Assembly: GCA_951406725.2 (NCBI GenBank)
Contig: OX597816.1
Location: forward strand, 7,316,001-7,380,000
Reading direction: 5' to 3'
DNA from: Octopus vulgaris
Taxonomy: Eukaryota
Length of the DNA: 64,000 nucleotides
This document shows, in pieces, positions 43,397-58,815 of this stretch (position 1 is its first letter; each line of letters starts with the position of its first letter). The translations under genes and the position numbers were made by a program. The notes beneath the pieces were generated by a model. That model was not told the origin of the DNA. It did not search any database and worked only from the letters and a program-made list of their open reading frames with translations.

Positions 43397-43488
43397 GTTC
43401 AGTACAATTGTTTCATACGAAGAACAGCTTTATTAAAAGCTGCAAATATTGCAGCAAATACAAGTGTCCCGTATTCATCAGCCAAAAC
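43397..43488 (-). ncRNA. Type I hammerhead ribozyme motif (mirror copy)
   Basis: Reverse complement of 43753-43844. Confidence 0.75.
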
Positions 43489-43752
43489 ACATATGAGTTT
43501 TCCAAACATCCTAGGGGGTGAGGCTACACTCATGAAGTATCGAAGAGAGTTCTATGAAAAGCAAATTTAGATTATAAGCAGACTTCAAAGTTCTCTAATG
43601 ATAAGTTTTATAAAAAAAACCTTTTATAAAACTGCGCATCATTAGAGAACTTTTGAAGTCTGCTTACAATCTAAATTTGCTTTTCATAGAACTCTCTTTG
43701 ATACTTCATGAGTGTAGCCTTACCCCCTAGGATGGTTGGAAAACTCATATGT

Positions 43753-43844
43753 GTTTTGGCTGATGAATACGGGACACTTGTATTTGCTGCAATATTTGCA
43801 GCTTTTAATAAAGCTGTTCTTCGTATGAAACAATTGTACTGAAC
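43753..43844 (+). ncRNA. Type I hammerhead ribozyme motif with palindromic stem III
   Basis: GTTTTGG-CTGATGA-ATACGGGACA...TGTTCTtCGTAT-GAAA-CAATTG-TA^CTGAAC. Confidence 0.78.
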
Positions 43845-43872
43845 AACTAATCCATTCTTGTTGCTTTTTTCT

Positions 43873-43933
<61 letters not shown>

Positions 43934-44169
43934 TTCGACGTCTGTGTTTACTCCCACCATCGCTTAACAACTGATGTGGGTGTGTTTACGTCCCCGTAAC
44001 TTTGCGGCTCGGCATGTCTTCTGCTGACTACACAACGATATAAAAACTGCGTCACAATAATTGGTTTTCCTCGTTAATACTAGAAAATATTTGAGCTTTC
44101 ACCAGTTGCTTACTTACTGTCTGCAGAGCTGTGGCTCTCATTCATTCATTCATTCGGTTCTCATTGTGC

Positions 44170-44880
44170 CTTGTGACACTTGGGGCGACAGCAAGACGAA
44201 TCCACCTTCTAACACTGAAAGCGTTTTTGACAGCTTGTTCCATTGTTAACCCTTCTATTTTTAAGATCTTTTGTTATAGTTCTCCGCCACGTTTCCTTTT
44301 GTTGGCCACGTCTTCTTTTACCTTGGGAAACCCATTACAAAGCAATCCTGACAATTGAGTTCGGTTTATAGCGACAAACTCGAGCCAGCCATTTCCGTCT
44401 CCCTGCTTCAATAGATTCTCTTGTTGGCTTCACGTTATCCTTGGTGTGTGGTTGGTTATTCGAGATCGTATTCGGCCAGTGGACCTTCAAAATGTTTCGT
44501 AAACATTTCTTTTGAAACACCTCGAAGGAGAGGAGCTTTCTCCGTCCGGGTTGCGGATCCGTGGAACAAGCTGCCAGATGAGATGGTGAAGATACCGACG
44601 ACCGCTTTGTTCAAAGTCTCCCTTGACCTCAAGTGGCCTGAACACTTTACATGAACACCACCCTGTACTGAACTCCATGCCCCCCTACATGGCCTTGCTT
44701 TTTGCTTTTGAGCCAAAAATTAACTAACTAACTAACTAACTAACCTCCAATTTCCTTTCAAGACTTTTGGTTGTTTTCCAACATTCGGATCCATAGAGGA
44801 GGATGCTAAGTATGTTGCTTTGGTAAGATCGTATTTTGGTGCTCTTGTTCAGTATTGACGATCTCCATATTGTGTTTCCA
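44170..44880 (-). mobile_element. RTE-type LINE 3' relic, interrupted by a CR1 insertion
   Basis: SILLYGSECWK...KLE | VFQKKCLRNILKVHWPNTISN...GKRRRGQQKETWRRTITKDLK. Confidence 0.8.
44524..44742 (+). mobile_element. CR1-type 3' fragment with (TAAC)n tail and ACCTC target-site duplication
   Basis: FSVRVADPWNKLPDEMV..FKVSLD; ACCTC at 44519-44523 and 44743-44747. Confidence 0.85.
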
Positions 44881-44964
44881 TATTGAATTTCCATATTGTG
44901 AAACACAATGGAATATTACTCTGACATTTTGAACGGTGCTGCTGTTGCTGTTGCTGTTGAGCGG

Positions 44965-45303
44965 TCCGGTCCGAGCGGTCCGAACCGCGGTCCTTTGCTA
45001 TTCATAAGACCCACAGAAGAGAAAGCAGGTCAACCCCCGACACCGAGAGCATCGACGGATGGATGAATGCGCATCCAGGTTCAGCGGTTGCGTAGGAAGT
45101 CGGGGACAAGAAGCAGGAAGAAAGAATGAGAGAAAGTTGGGGCGAAAGAGTACAACAAGGGTTGCCACCACCCCCTGCAGGAACCTCGTGGAGTTTTAGG
45201 TGTTTTCGCTCAATAAACACACACAACGCCCAGTCTGAGAATCGAAACCGCGATCCTCCGTCCGCGAGTCCGCTGCCCTAACCACTAGGCCATTGCGCCT
45301 CCA
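44965..45303 (-). mobile_element. tRNA-derived SINE (distinct family)
   Basis: Minus strand: GGAGGCGCAATGGCCTAGTGGTTAGGG...GGTTTCGATTCTC; TGAACGGTGCTGCTG occurs on both sides (44931 and 45305). Confidence 0.85.
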
Positions 45304-45439
45304 CTGAACGGTGCTGCTGCTACACTCACGGGCATCCTAGATAACATCCACCCAACAAAGGCCACCCGACTTGGGTTTATGTTTATATTGTCGATATTCC
45401 TAGATTTAGGGTGACAATTACCATCTTAAGAGTAAAAGT

Positions 45440-45838
45440 AATTTCTTTTCTACTCTAGGCAAAAGGCCCGAAATTTTAGAGGCCCTAGTCGAATTAGATC
45501 GACCCCAGTGCGTAACTGGTACTTAATTTATCGGCCACTAAAGGATGAAAGGCAAAGTCAACCTCGGAGGAATTTGAACTCAGAACGTAGCGGCAGACGA
45601 AATACCTATTTCTTTACTACCCACAAGGGGCTAAACACATACAGGTAAAACAAGGACAGACAAACGGATTAAGTCGATTATATCGACCCCAGTGCGCAAC
45701 TGGTACTTATTTAATCGACCCCGAAAGGACGAAAAGCAAAGTCGACATCGGCGGAATTTGAACTCAGAACGTAACGGCAGACGAAATATCGCTAAGCATT
45801 TCGCCCGGCGTGTTAACGTTTCTGCCAGCTCGCCGCCT
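45440..45838 (-). mobile_element. Two tandem family M SINEs
   Basis: Core ATCGACCCCAGTGCG..ACTGGTAC...GAATTTGAACTCAGAACG appears twice. Confidence 0.85.
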
Positions 45839-46069
45839 TAAAGGGTAAAGATAATTATAAAGATTTTGTTCCGGTTTCAAACGTTGTACAGCGCGTAGGT
45901 CACATTCGGAGACCCACTAAGTCCTAGCTTAGGGAAAACATCATTGATAATCCGCACAACTGAGAACTGTAACTGGTCATGGAACAATTCCGAGATATAT
46001 TCACATGGAATACTGTCAAAAATTTTACACAATCAAAACAAAATCTATTCGTGTGGTGGTGATGGTGGG

Positions 46070-46102
46070 ACTACTACAACCACTACTACAACTACTACTA
46101 CA

Positions 46103-46146
<44 letters not shown>

Positions 46147-46158
46147 CACCACCATTAC

Positions 46159-46194
<36 letters not shown>

Positions 46195-46222
46195 CACCAC
46201 CACCACCACCACCACTACCACC

Positions 46223-46254
<32 letters not shown>

Positions 46255-46255
46255 C

Positions 46256-46317
<62 letters not shown>

Positions 46318-46321
46318 CACC

Positions 46322-46365
<44 letters not shown>

Positions 46366-46366
46366 C

Positions 46367-46458
<92 letters not shown>

Positions 46459-46465
46459 CACCACC

Positions 46466-46507
<42 letters not shown>

Positions 46508-46710
46508 GCTGCTGCTGCAACTACTACTACTAAACATTATTACTACATACCACCACCACCACCACTACCGCCACCACTACCACCACTACCGCCGCCGCCG
46601 CCACCACGACCACCACCACCACTACTATTACTACTACTAAACATTATTACTACATACCAACACCACCACTACCGCCGCCACCACCACCACTACTACTACT
46701 GTTACTACTA
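46070..46710. repeat. Compound (ACT)n/(ACC)n trinucleotide array
   Basis: Direct reading; the poly-T/P/L/S/G/V ORFs are artefacts. Confidence 0.95.
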
Positions 46711-47437
46711 CTTAACACTTATTATTACTGACCTGTTAACCCATAGGTGTACGGTTCAAGTCACTACCGTAGCTGTGTGAATGTATTGTATACAGGAGGA
46801 AGAGGAGGAGGGGGAGGAGGAGGCTAGGTCAGTATTGAGCTAAAATAAACGAGTTCATTGAATAACGAGGCAAGTTTCACCAGCTTTGAGCGGTTGAACT
46901 GAAATTCCAGTTCAATTATAGAGAATAGAGTTTAAGCTGTATAAAGCTGACATTCATTAAAAAAAACAAAAACGAAGCCTTCAAATGTATACGGACAGTG
47001 TAGACACATAGCATAGCTTATCAATATTCAATTGTATTGTGTTTGGTAGACTTGAGACGAATTAACACTAGCCACACCAGTATCGCCGTAATGTATGAAT
47101 ATTTACAATGGCGTATTAACTCTTGAGTGAATAGCAACGGATGACGCATGTAGCAGGAGGGAGAGGTCCGATTTAATAAGCTGAGATATCAGTAACAATT
47201 TAAAATATTCATTTAGGTTTTTCGCTTTTATGAAACCAAGGAAAAGAAACTAAAAAAAAAAAAAAAAATCCCTTGACATCTTGCTTCATTAATTTTTAAT
47301 AAAGGGACATGACATTCCACGAGAACCTTAAACCATGTCTCGTCTTACCTCGTCAGTGTTCTGAGAGAATTTTCCCGCCGAGCAATAAAGAATGTGTGTC
47401 GTGGGTTTGAATTAATTGTTAGAAAAAGAAAACCGTA

Positions 47438-47474
<37 letters not shown>

Positions 47475-47951
47475 GAAAGTGTGAGGCCCAAGGCAGATAG
47501 GGATAAGGTTTACTGAATTTGATCCCCTGTCACATGTAACTGAATAATAGAAGGTTACAAAGAAGAATTCAGCAAATAATAGTTGCTTTGTTAGTCTCAC
47601 AAATGCACACCGACCCCCAACTTTCTCTGTAAATAAACGACAATTTGAAGGGGAAAAAACAGAAACACGAAAGATTATTCAGTTCCCTTTGAGAAAATGG
47701 CTGTTTGCTATTGAATTAGTTAAATGCTTGTTACTATTATTGTCGTTTTTGTTGCTGTGGTGGTGGTGGTAGTGGCGGTGGTGGTAGTAGTTGCTGTGGA
47801 TGTTTTATCTTCTGGTTAAACCTTGATATTACTAAAGATTTGGCTGCTATTTCGCGCAGGTCGAGTGAGCACCCGCCTGTTCCCTTGTTAACATCTTAAC
47901 AAATTGCTGGATGGAAGTGACAAAGTACGTTTTCAATAGTGTATATGTGTG

Positions 47952-48156
47952 TCTTTACTACCCACAAGGGGCTACACACAGAGGGGACGACAAACAAGGA
48001 CAGACAAACGGATTAAGTCGATTACATCGACCCCAGTGCGTAACTGGTACTTAATGTATCGACCTCGGCGGAATTTGAACTCAGAACGTAGCGGCAGACG
48101 AAATACGGCTAAGCATTTCGCCCGGTGTGCTAACGTTTCTGCCAGCTCGCCGCCTT
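47952..48156 (-). mobile_element. Family M SINE with internal deletion
   Basis: Lacks the GAAAGGATGAAAGGCAAAG segment between the two TCGACC repeats. Confidence 0.85.
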
Positions 48157-49609
48157 CAGCCAATAGTGTATATGAATAAAATGTCTGTCTTGTGGTGTAT
48201 GAGATGTATGAAAGATTTCTTTAACTCGATTGGCCGACTTACCAATAATAAGTTCTCTGGAAGAACGCAGCACCGTTTCCTACGACGATCAATTTACGAC
48301 ATTTTCGGTACAAGTGGAACCACTACGGGCGAGATTCGTCATTCTTCATGTAATTAACCTTCAGGCTTGAGATTATCTCCTGCTTTCTTGTAAAATGTCG
48401 ATATTAAGACGCCGAAGTAATGCAGGATTTTGGCAGCCAGTAATCCGTTTCCAACAAAATAGATTTGTTTGAATCAATATCTGTTCTATTGCAGCTTTAA
48501 CAATTCTAATGTATTGAGTACCGTACTCTACTTCTGAGTCTAAACTTAAGGGTCAGTGTCCGAAAGTCATGTTCTCTAATACTGCCAAAACATTGACGCT
48601 TGAAACTGAATTATTTGGCTAGAAATAGTTTCGTCTTCAAAATGGAGTCATAATTAAAAAGGATTTTCTTTGTTTATTCAACGACAGAATCCAATACTCT
48701 TCTATGAATGTTATTCTTTATTGTTCTTTATTCAACAGAACATTATTATTCTGGGGGGAAAATGTAGTCTTTGAGTATCAAAATTTTATGATAAAACAGC
48801 ATTTAAGATATTTGTACAAAATGTTTCGGGTTTTCAGTTATAATTTTAGAAACATGTTCTACCAAATTTATTTGGAATCTAAATGCACTTTTTGTATCTT
48901 GTTATCACATTCCTCGCTTCAAGAAGTGGGTGAAGGGAATTAATTGCCAACTTACCCGAAATTAATGAAGGTTTGACGTAAATATCGCCATTCGCTTACG
49001 TTATCTTAATCTTTGTTTTGAATTTCCTATGTATTTGTTTTAATGAAAACACCGGCCACGTTTAAGAGAGGGGAAAATAATACAAGATGGAAATCACATT
49101 ATCAATTTGTAACAATAAGGTTAATTCATAGCGTAGTAATTGATACGAAGGGTTTGTGTCTGTAGCGAACCTCTCTGCTATATCTCGTCTAATCAAAACC
49201 ACTTGAGAATTAACTCTGATACTGGGAGAAAGGTCAGGCATTAGAATAAGGAACAAAAACTCACTGACGGAAATTCTATCGCACTCGCCATATTAACCAC
49301 AGACTCACATAATAAATAGAAAAAGACATAATAAACAAAAGCGGAATAACGGGTCTTTCTGGATCTATTTTACTTGGGCGTAAACAAATTAACGACAAAG
49401 ATGTTTCATGCTATTACCGGAAATTGTATGTTAAATCTGTTTTACTTTAAACTATAACTTGGTAAGTGGAGCAAACCATTTCAAGTAATGTACCGAGAAA
49501 TTGTCAGCATGTAACAACACATCTCCCGATTGAAGCTATTCACCTGAAAGGCATTCACCTCAGATGATCAATGACCCCGCTCTACATTGTGTAGCTTATT
49601 GTTGTGTGT

Positions 49610-50325
49610 GTGTGTATATAGATCAAGCACAACCGCTGCTCAGAAAAGTAGAGACATCAGTAGCCAAAGGTGGACCGCACAAAATGTCAAGAAAACAGAA
49701 TACATGTCTTTCAACTAATCAAGCGATGCTGAACTGTTTGCTTTGAGCGGTTCCAAATTGAATGTTGTTGAAGACTTCGAGTACTTAGGTGCTTGGATGA
49801 GCAACTCAGAAACAGGGATCAAAATCAGGAAGGCACAAGCATGGACAGCCTGCCACAAACTAAAGAAAGTCCGGAACTCCAAATTGCCCAGGCAAATCAA
49901 AATCGAACTCTTCATTGCAACTCTCGAATCAGTACTACTATATGCTAGTGAAATATGGAAATTGACAAATTATCAAACGAGTGAAATGGTTGCTACACGA
50001 ATGGCTCTAAATGTGAAATGGTAGCAACATGACAACTGAATGTGTTTATGGAGACCTGCCGAAAGTTAGCGAGAAGATCAGGTAAAGACAGCCGCGACTC
50101 TCTGATCATTGTGTACGCCATCCTCATCTAGTAGCAACGAAATTAGTCTTCTGGAACCCACCTCATGGTGATGTAAAAAGAGGAAAACGTTGTCGTCCCA
50201 TTTACATCGACAACTTGATTGCAAACACTGGTCCGGGAATGTATCCACGACAGTGGAGAAGGAGGGATGATGGGCCAAGAAGTGTGGCGGGTAGACATTG
50301 CTGTTGCGGTTCGGGTTGGAACTCG
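49610..50325 (+). mobile_element. RTE-type LINE 3' relic
   Basis: VVEDFEYLGAW..IKIRKAQAW...ESVLLYASEIW...RMALNVKW. Confidence 0.8.
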
Positions 50326-50326
50326 G

Positions 50327-50374
<48 letters not shown>

Positions 50375-50382
50375 TAACAATA

Positions 50383-50443
<61 letters not shown>

Positions 50444-50445
<2 letters not shown>

Positions 50446-50819
50446 CTTTCTAATTGATGTATCAATACCGGCAGATGACAACGTGTCTCTAAAAGAAATG
50501 GAGAAACTTTCAAAATACAAAGACCTGGAAATAGAGGTAACTAGAATGTGGAATCTGAAAACAGAAACAATTCCTATCATAGTAGGTGCATTAGGCATGA
50601 TAAAAAAATATTCAGACAAATACATAACAAAAACATCAGGACTTACAAACACATATAACATACAGAAAATTGCACTACTAGGCACTGCACACATCCTACG
50701 CAGAACACTTTCCCTACAATAACCATCAGAGCATCACAACAAATCACAGCACATACCCAAGGCACACAGAGCTGCGCTCGGTAGTGAAGTGAAAGCACGC
50801 TATAAAAATAAAACTACTA
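50444..50819 (+). mobile_element. R4/Dong-like family A 3' fragment in (TAA)n
   Basis: LIDVSIP..KEMEKLSKYKDL..IPIIVGALG..LGTAHILRRTLS plus the family A 3' UTR. Confidence 0.92.
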
Positions 50820-50866
<47 letters not shown>

Positions 50867-50873
50867 TAATAAT

Positions 50874-51105
50874 AAGATTGTCTTAACTGGTACATCACAC
50901 GTATTGAGAAGAGCATTGTCGATGTGAGAATTATTACTATCCATGTATTTTAATTTAACTTTAAAAAATTTTTTTTTTTTAAATGAACGAACTATTGAGT
51001 TTAGTTTAATGGCCTACCAATGTATACAATAAGTTTCTTTGCCCTAGGAGTCGGGAAGACACTCGGCAAGAAATGGAAGCAAATTTGAAAGAAGAAAGAA
51101 AAAAA

Positions 51106-51107
<2 letters not shown>
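50874..51107 (+). mobile_element. R4/Dong-like family C 3' fragment in (TAA)n
   Basis: KIVLTGTSHVLRRALSM* plus the family C 3' UTR. Confidence 0.9.
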
Positions 51108-51171
<64 letters not shown>

Positions 51172-51439
51172 GCAATTCGCTCTGGATATTAGGTGATCAG
51201 ACGGTCATCTAAAAGTCACGTTCGTCAGAGTCGCCCCCCACCATCAGACTGTCCACCGTCAGTTCAAGATGGAAGCAGAAAGTTTATGTATGATAAGATT
51301 ACGGCAGTATTTCACCGAAAATTCTACAAGAAATTTGATTCTGCAGAGAAAAAAAAATATAGCTATGACTATTTTGTGAGATTAAAAATAGAAGAGGTCG
51401 AAAACGCTGAGGTGAGGTTGCTGTGAGTCTTACCTTTAC

Positions 51440-51760
51440 AAAGCGAAAGAAGAATAGAATACAACAAGTGAGATATTGTAACAGCTGACGAGAGAAAACT
51501 CTGCATTGTAATCGACGTGGCATGTCTATTTGATACGTAAAAAGAACAGAAGAAAAAGTGTTATATCAACTTGAAGTATGAAATCGTCAAGTGTTTGGAA
51601 TAAAGAAGCTAACAAGGTCAAGATATCGCCCATTATTAATGAGTTCATGGGAACTTTGACAAAAGAATTTAAGAACAAACCTCGAAGCACTTGATCTTTA
51701 GGGAAAGGTGTAGCGCAGAAAAACATATCTACTAGATTTAGCAAGAATTATGTGGGTCGT
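51440..51760 (+). mobile_element. Old RLE-LINE endonuclease relic
   Basis: CIVIDVACLFDT, LKYEI and VKISPII..MGTL across frameshifts. Confidence 0.55.
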
Positions 51761-51896
51761 TCTCAATACAACGTTAGAACAAATATGTTGAGCAGGAAAA
51801 ATATTTCAACATATGGACAAAAAAATGCGTCTCATCATTGCCCACGAGTTGTGGTTCGATCGGAAGCAATTAAACCGGAAACAACAAAAAACAAAA

Positions 51897-52299
51897 GGCG
51901 CAGGAGTGGCTGTGTGGTAAGTAGCTTGCTTACCAACCAACCACATGGTTCCGGGTTCAGTTCCACTGCGTGGCATCTTGGGCAAGTGTCTCCTGCTATA
52001 GCCCCGGGCCGACCAATGCCTTGTGAGTGGATTTGGTAGACGGAAACTGAAAGAAGCGTGTCGTATATATGTATATATATTTATATATGTGTGTGCGTGT
52101 GTTTGTCCCCCTAGCATTGCTTGACAACCGATGCTGGTGTGCTTATGTCCCCGTCACTTAGCGGTTTGGCAAAAAGTGACCGATAGAATAAGTACTGGGC
52201 TTACAAAGAATACGTCCCGGGGTCGATTTGCTCGACTAAAGGCGGTGCTCCAGCATGGCCGCAGTCAAATGACTGAAACAAGTAAAACAGTAAAAGAGT
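51897..52299 (+). mobile_element. Family C SINE (full length)
   Basis: Family match. Confidence 0.9.
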
Positions 52300-53086
52300 A
52301 ATTCTGTGAAACAATATATAACAACAACAACAAAAATATTTTGTGTAGCAAATTTTCATCTTCTTTTAGTATATTGTATTACATTTTCACCCCTTCTCCC
52401 GTATATTATACAGAGGAGGACATAAATAGCTAGACACACGCTTAATATGAGTGGAATATTCTTTTCGCTTCTCTATTTCTTTTTTAAACCTAAGCGATTC
52501 ATAAGTCGACAAAGGGATCTGAGAGAGATGCCTAGTTCTTTGGAAAACCCTCTTCTTTGATTTCTGAGGACTTTGAGTGAATGCTTGAGCCAAGCAACTA
52601 CATACCTACTTGTACCCACCCCTGTACATATGTAATGGAGTAATCGGACGAGCTTTAACGATTTCAGGATGGTATGCGGCACGCTATTCAAGCTCGTCCG
52701 ACTATTCTACTATCGGAGTATGAAACTTATAGTGCCTCACATTTAAATCGTGTGTTTATTAAATGATATCTATAACTCGCTGGATGTTATTCTTTTGTGT
52801 TGATTTCCATCAATAACGGAACAGTACACTACGACCACTTTCCAGCAGCCACACCACACGACACACCACCACTCCGCACACACTAGCACTGAGCATTTCC
52901 CAGTACCTACACCATCATCCACACACCCACACATTACGGACGCACACACATACATCTACACGTCAAGGTCACCAGCCACACACACACACACACTCACTTA
53001 CACACGCACGTGCACCTTCGTTTTGGGATCACTAATACTTTATTATCTCCCCTTCTTTCTAGCTCTCCTATCGAAACCAGCTCTGT

Positions 53087-53179
<93 letters not shown>

Positions 53180-53292
53180 AAATGGCTAAGGTCAAGTTGG
53201 GTTATTTCCAGAGAAGCACTTGACCCGAATACTGGGCTATCATGATACAAGCCAAAGCCGAAATACTTCAGGTTTCATGATTATACTGTCAT

Positions 53293-53325
<33 letters not shown>

Positions 53326-53344
53326 AATAATAATAATAATATTA

Positions 53345-53680
53345 AATTATTCCTTCGTAACACAGTGTAGGTTAAAATGCACCGGAGTCTTTAGTCATCA
53401 GTCAAGTCACAACAGACATAATACTTTCCCTAAGACGTGTGCTGTGCCCAATAAGGCAAACTATGAATCTTGCATGGAAATTCCAGTTGCCTCAAGAAGT
53501 CTTGAAGTTTCAATGGGATTGAACCCAGCGCTCCGATCACCACTGGTATCACTTTTACATCACTCTCTCGCATTCCATACAGTTTTGCCATTTCCACTTT
53601 CAATTTGAAGTACTTGGTGATTTTTTCAACCTCTTTACTCACAACATTCATGTTATTTGGTATGGCTACATCAATGATCC
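53345..53680 (-). mobile_element. R4/Dong-like family D 3' fragment in (TAA)n
   Basis: IIDVAIP..KEVEKITKY..LKVE..VIPVVIGALGSIP...LLGTAHVL. Confidence 0.82.
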
Positions 53681-53698
53681 ATTATTATTATTATTATA

Positions 53699-53799
<101 letters not shown>

Positions 53800-53997
53800 G
53801 CGCTGCAGCTGCAGTGGTAGTCGTCGTTGCGGTGGTTATTGCCGTTTCTAATTTCAATGCTGTCTATTATGTCGGACATATTTGGCGATTCAAATTAGCA
53901 TAAAATAAATGATAAAATATCTAACGTTAGAACTTGATGAAATATCTGAACGACCAAGAATGCGTATGCAAATGTACGTGTACCCTTCTCTCTCACT

Positions 53998-54038
<41 letters not shown>

Positions 54039-54169
54039 CACACACTCATACACACACTACATATACACGCGCGCAGACACATATATGTATATATGCATAT
54101 ATATATATAGAGAGAGAGACACACACACACATAGTAATATATATATATACACACACACACATATGTATG

Positions 54170-54220
<51 letters not shown>

Positions 54221-54259
54221 ACATATATATACATATACATAATTTTTTTATGGTTTTTT

Positions 54260-54523
54260 CTTTTATTTGTTTCAGTAATTTGACTGTGACCATGCTGGAG
54301 CACCGCCATTAGTCGAGCAAATCGACGCCAGGGCTTATTTTTTGTAAGCTTATTACTTATTCTATCGGTCTCTTTTGCCGAACCGCTAGGTTACTGGGAC
54401 GTAAACACACCAGCATCGGTTGTCAAGCGATGTTGGGGGACAAACACAGACACACAAACATACACACACATACACACACACACACATACATACATACTTA
54501 CATACATACATACATACATACAT

Positions 54524-54577
<54 letters not shown>

Positions 54578-54697
54578 GACGGGCTTCTTTCAGTTTCCGT
54601 CTACCAAATCCACTCGCAAGTAGAAGACACTTGCCCAAGGTGCCAGAACCATGTGGCTGGTAAGCAAGCTATTTACCACACAGCCACTCCTGCGCCT
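54260..54697 (-). mobile_element. Family C SINE with internal deletions
   Basis: Family match. Confidence 0.85.
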
Positions 54698-54909
54698 ATA
54701 TATATAAATATTATATATAATTTAATATCATATGGGTAATAACTTTATAATATGCTTTAGAAAAGCCCTCTGTGAGTATCGGCTACCATGTGCTATCATA
54801 CAACAGGAAGTCTCCTTTTACTAGATATTCATATGAAAATCCGTTAGTGTATGTAGAATTGATATAAAAAATTGTTATAACGCTCAGTATATATATATAT
54901 ATATACACA

Positions 54910-55049
54910 CACGACGGGCTTCTTTCGGTTTCCGTCTACAAAATCAACTAACAAGGCTTTGGTCGGGCCAAAGCTGAAGTAGAAGACATTTTGCCCAAAG
55001 TGGCATGCAATGGAAAGTAAGCTTTTTAGCTCACAGCCACTCTTGCGCC
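54910..55049 (-). mobile_element. Family C SINE 5' fragment (diverged)
   Basis: CGACGGGCTTCTTTCGGTTTCCGTCTAC...CACAGCCACTCTTGCGCC. Confidence 0.75.
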
Positions 55050-55082
55050 TATACATACATACATGCATGCATGCATACATAC

Positions 55083-55944
<862 letters not shown>

Positions 55945-56278
55945 ATATATATATATATATAATAGAAATATGTTACAAAAAGAAAATAGAAACTACCCGT
56001 GGAAATGTATGGGGAAAGTGAGTCGAAAAATGGGCGAAAACGCACATTGGAAATCAAAAGAAGTAAAGGCTTTTTATGAAAAGTAACGATAGAGATATTC
56101 AATGAAAATAACTGAGGTAGGAATAAAAGTAATAAAAGTCATTATTATGAATAGTTGAAAAGATTCAAAAGCATTCCGGTTTCATAAAATCACTAATCGT
56201 ATGAGTCAGCACTATCGTCGCTAGAAATGAGAGTCAGAATAACACTTAGCTTCAAGAAATACTTCTCTAATGACCAAC

Positions 56279-56349
<71 letters not shown>

Positions 56350-56352
<3 letters not shown>

Positions 56353-56495
56353 TGAGTACCTAAGAGCAAAACAAGGTGGAAAAAACAGTACAGGAATACC
56401 AAAGGTAGAGTATTATGGTTTATTTTGTTAAAGCTGGAATAACACCACCAGATTGTTACTCAGAGTTTCACGTTCCATTCGTCGCACAGCTGTGA
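56350..56495 (-). mobile_element. PLE-type short element with decayed or variant hammerhead
   Basis: TGT-GCGACGA-ATG gaa CGT-GAAA-CTCTGAG-TA-ACA at 56453-56490; the terminal part resembles the insert at 17599-17657. Confidence 0.45.
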
Positions 56496-56603
56496 TAAAA
56501 ACACACACACACACACATAACATACATCTCTGTGTGTATACGTGTGTGCGTATGTATATATATTTACGGATATATATGTATATATCTCTGAGGACATGTG
56601 TTG

Positions 56604-56636
<33 letters not shown>

Positions 56637-56638
<2 letters not shown>

Positions 56639-56872
56639 CGCAGGAGCGGCTGCGTGCTAAGTAGCTTGCTTATCAACCATATGGTTCCGAGTTCAGTCCC
56701 ACTGAGTGGCTGTTGGTGTGTTTATGCCCTAGTAACTTAGCGGTTCGGCAAAAAGAGGCCGATAGAATAAGTACTAGGCTTACAAGTCCTGGGGTAGATT
56801 TGTTCGACTACAGGCAGTGCTCCAGCATGGCCGCAGTCAAATGACTGGAACGAATAAAAGGATAAAAGAAAC
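56637..56872 (+). mobile_element. Family C SINE with central deletion
   Basis: Head joined directly to the 3' half. Confidence 0.82.
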
Positions 56873-56899
56873 AAATAAGTACACGTATTTGCCTGTGAA

Positions 56900-57960
<1,061 letters not shown>

Positions 57961-58182
57961 CCCTCCCCCACGCGCCTACAACAATGGCTGCATGTAGATA
58001 CAGGAACTAGCGGAAAGTATTCACATTAACACGCATACACGAAAACGTGTGTATAGCGATGTGTGCGCGCGCGGATCGTGTGCGCGCGCGGATCGTGTGC
58101 GTGCGCGCGTGTGTGTATATATATGTGTGTGTATGCACGTATGTGTATTGTTTCGTTGATTGGATGCCTTAGTTTTTCGTTA

Positions 58183-58301
58183 CATTAAAATTCCACGAAA
58201 ACTTTTAGAATGACCATCATTAAAATTCCACCAAAACTTTAGGATAGAATGACCATCATTAAAATTCCACGAAAACTTTAGGATAGAATGACCATCATTA
58301 A
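58183..58301. repeat. Minisatellite, about 3 x 35-39 bp
   Basis: CATTAAAATTCCACGAAAACTTT(AGGA)TAGAATGACCAT repeated. Confidence 0.9.
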
Positions 58302-58383
58302 GAATATTTTATAATGATAATAACACAGCCATATCGCATGTATACACGCTCTCCACCACTACATATGTATATATACATGCATG

Positions 58384-58444
<61 letters not shown>

Positions 58445-58708
58445 ATATATATATAATAATAATATTAGAGAATAAATCCAAACTTACAGGAAAAAATTAG
58501 ATTTAGGATTAAATCTAATTTTATAGTATAAATATATTATATTATATTATATTAAATATAAAAATACACATACATATATATATAAAATTTATAAGTTTAA
58601 ATTATTTAAATAATTTTTTATTTTTAACTTTTACATTTTTAAATTAATTTTATGTATTGGCTTATGTTTTTCACTGTTTTCTTTGCCTAATAGTGGTTTT
58701 ATCTCTAA

Positions 58709-58772
<64 letters not shown>

Positions 58773-58781
58773 TTATGTATG

Positions 58782-58815
<34 letters not shown>

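Larger units (their letters stand above)
43249..43875. mobile_element. PLE-type foldback element 2: ~250 bp inverted arms plus tail, in (TA)n
   Basis: Arms 43366-43615 and 43622-43875; diverged relative of element 1 with the same outer breakpoint. Confidence 0.88.

Noticed and set aside
45230-45303. tRNA-like sequence (also at ~19480-19550 and ~7200-7280)
   Set aside because: These are SINE heads running into SINE bodies, with no complete cloverleaf; not called as tRNA genes.
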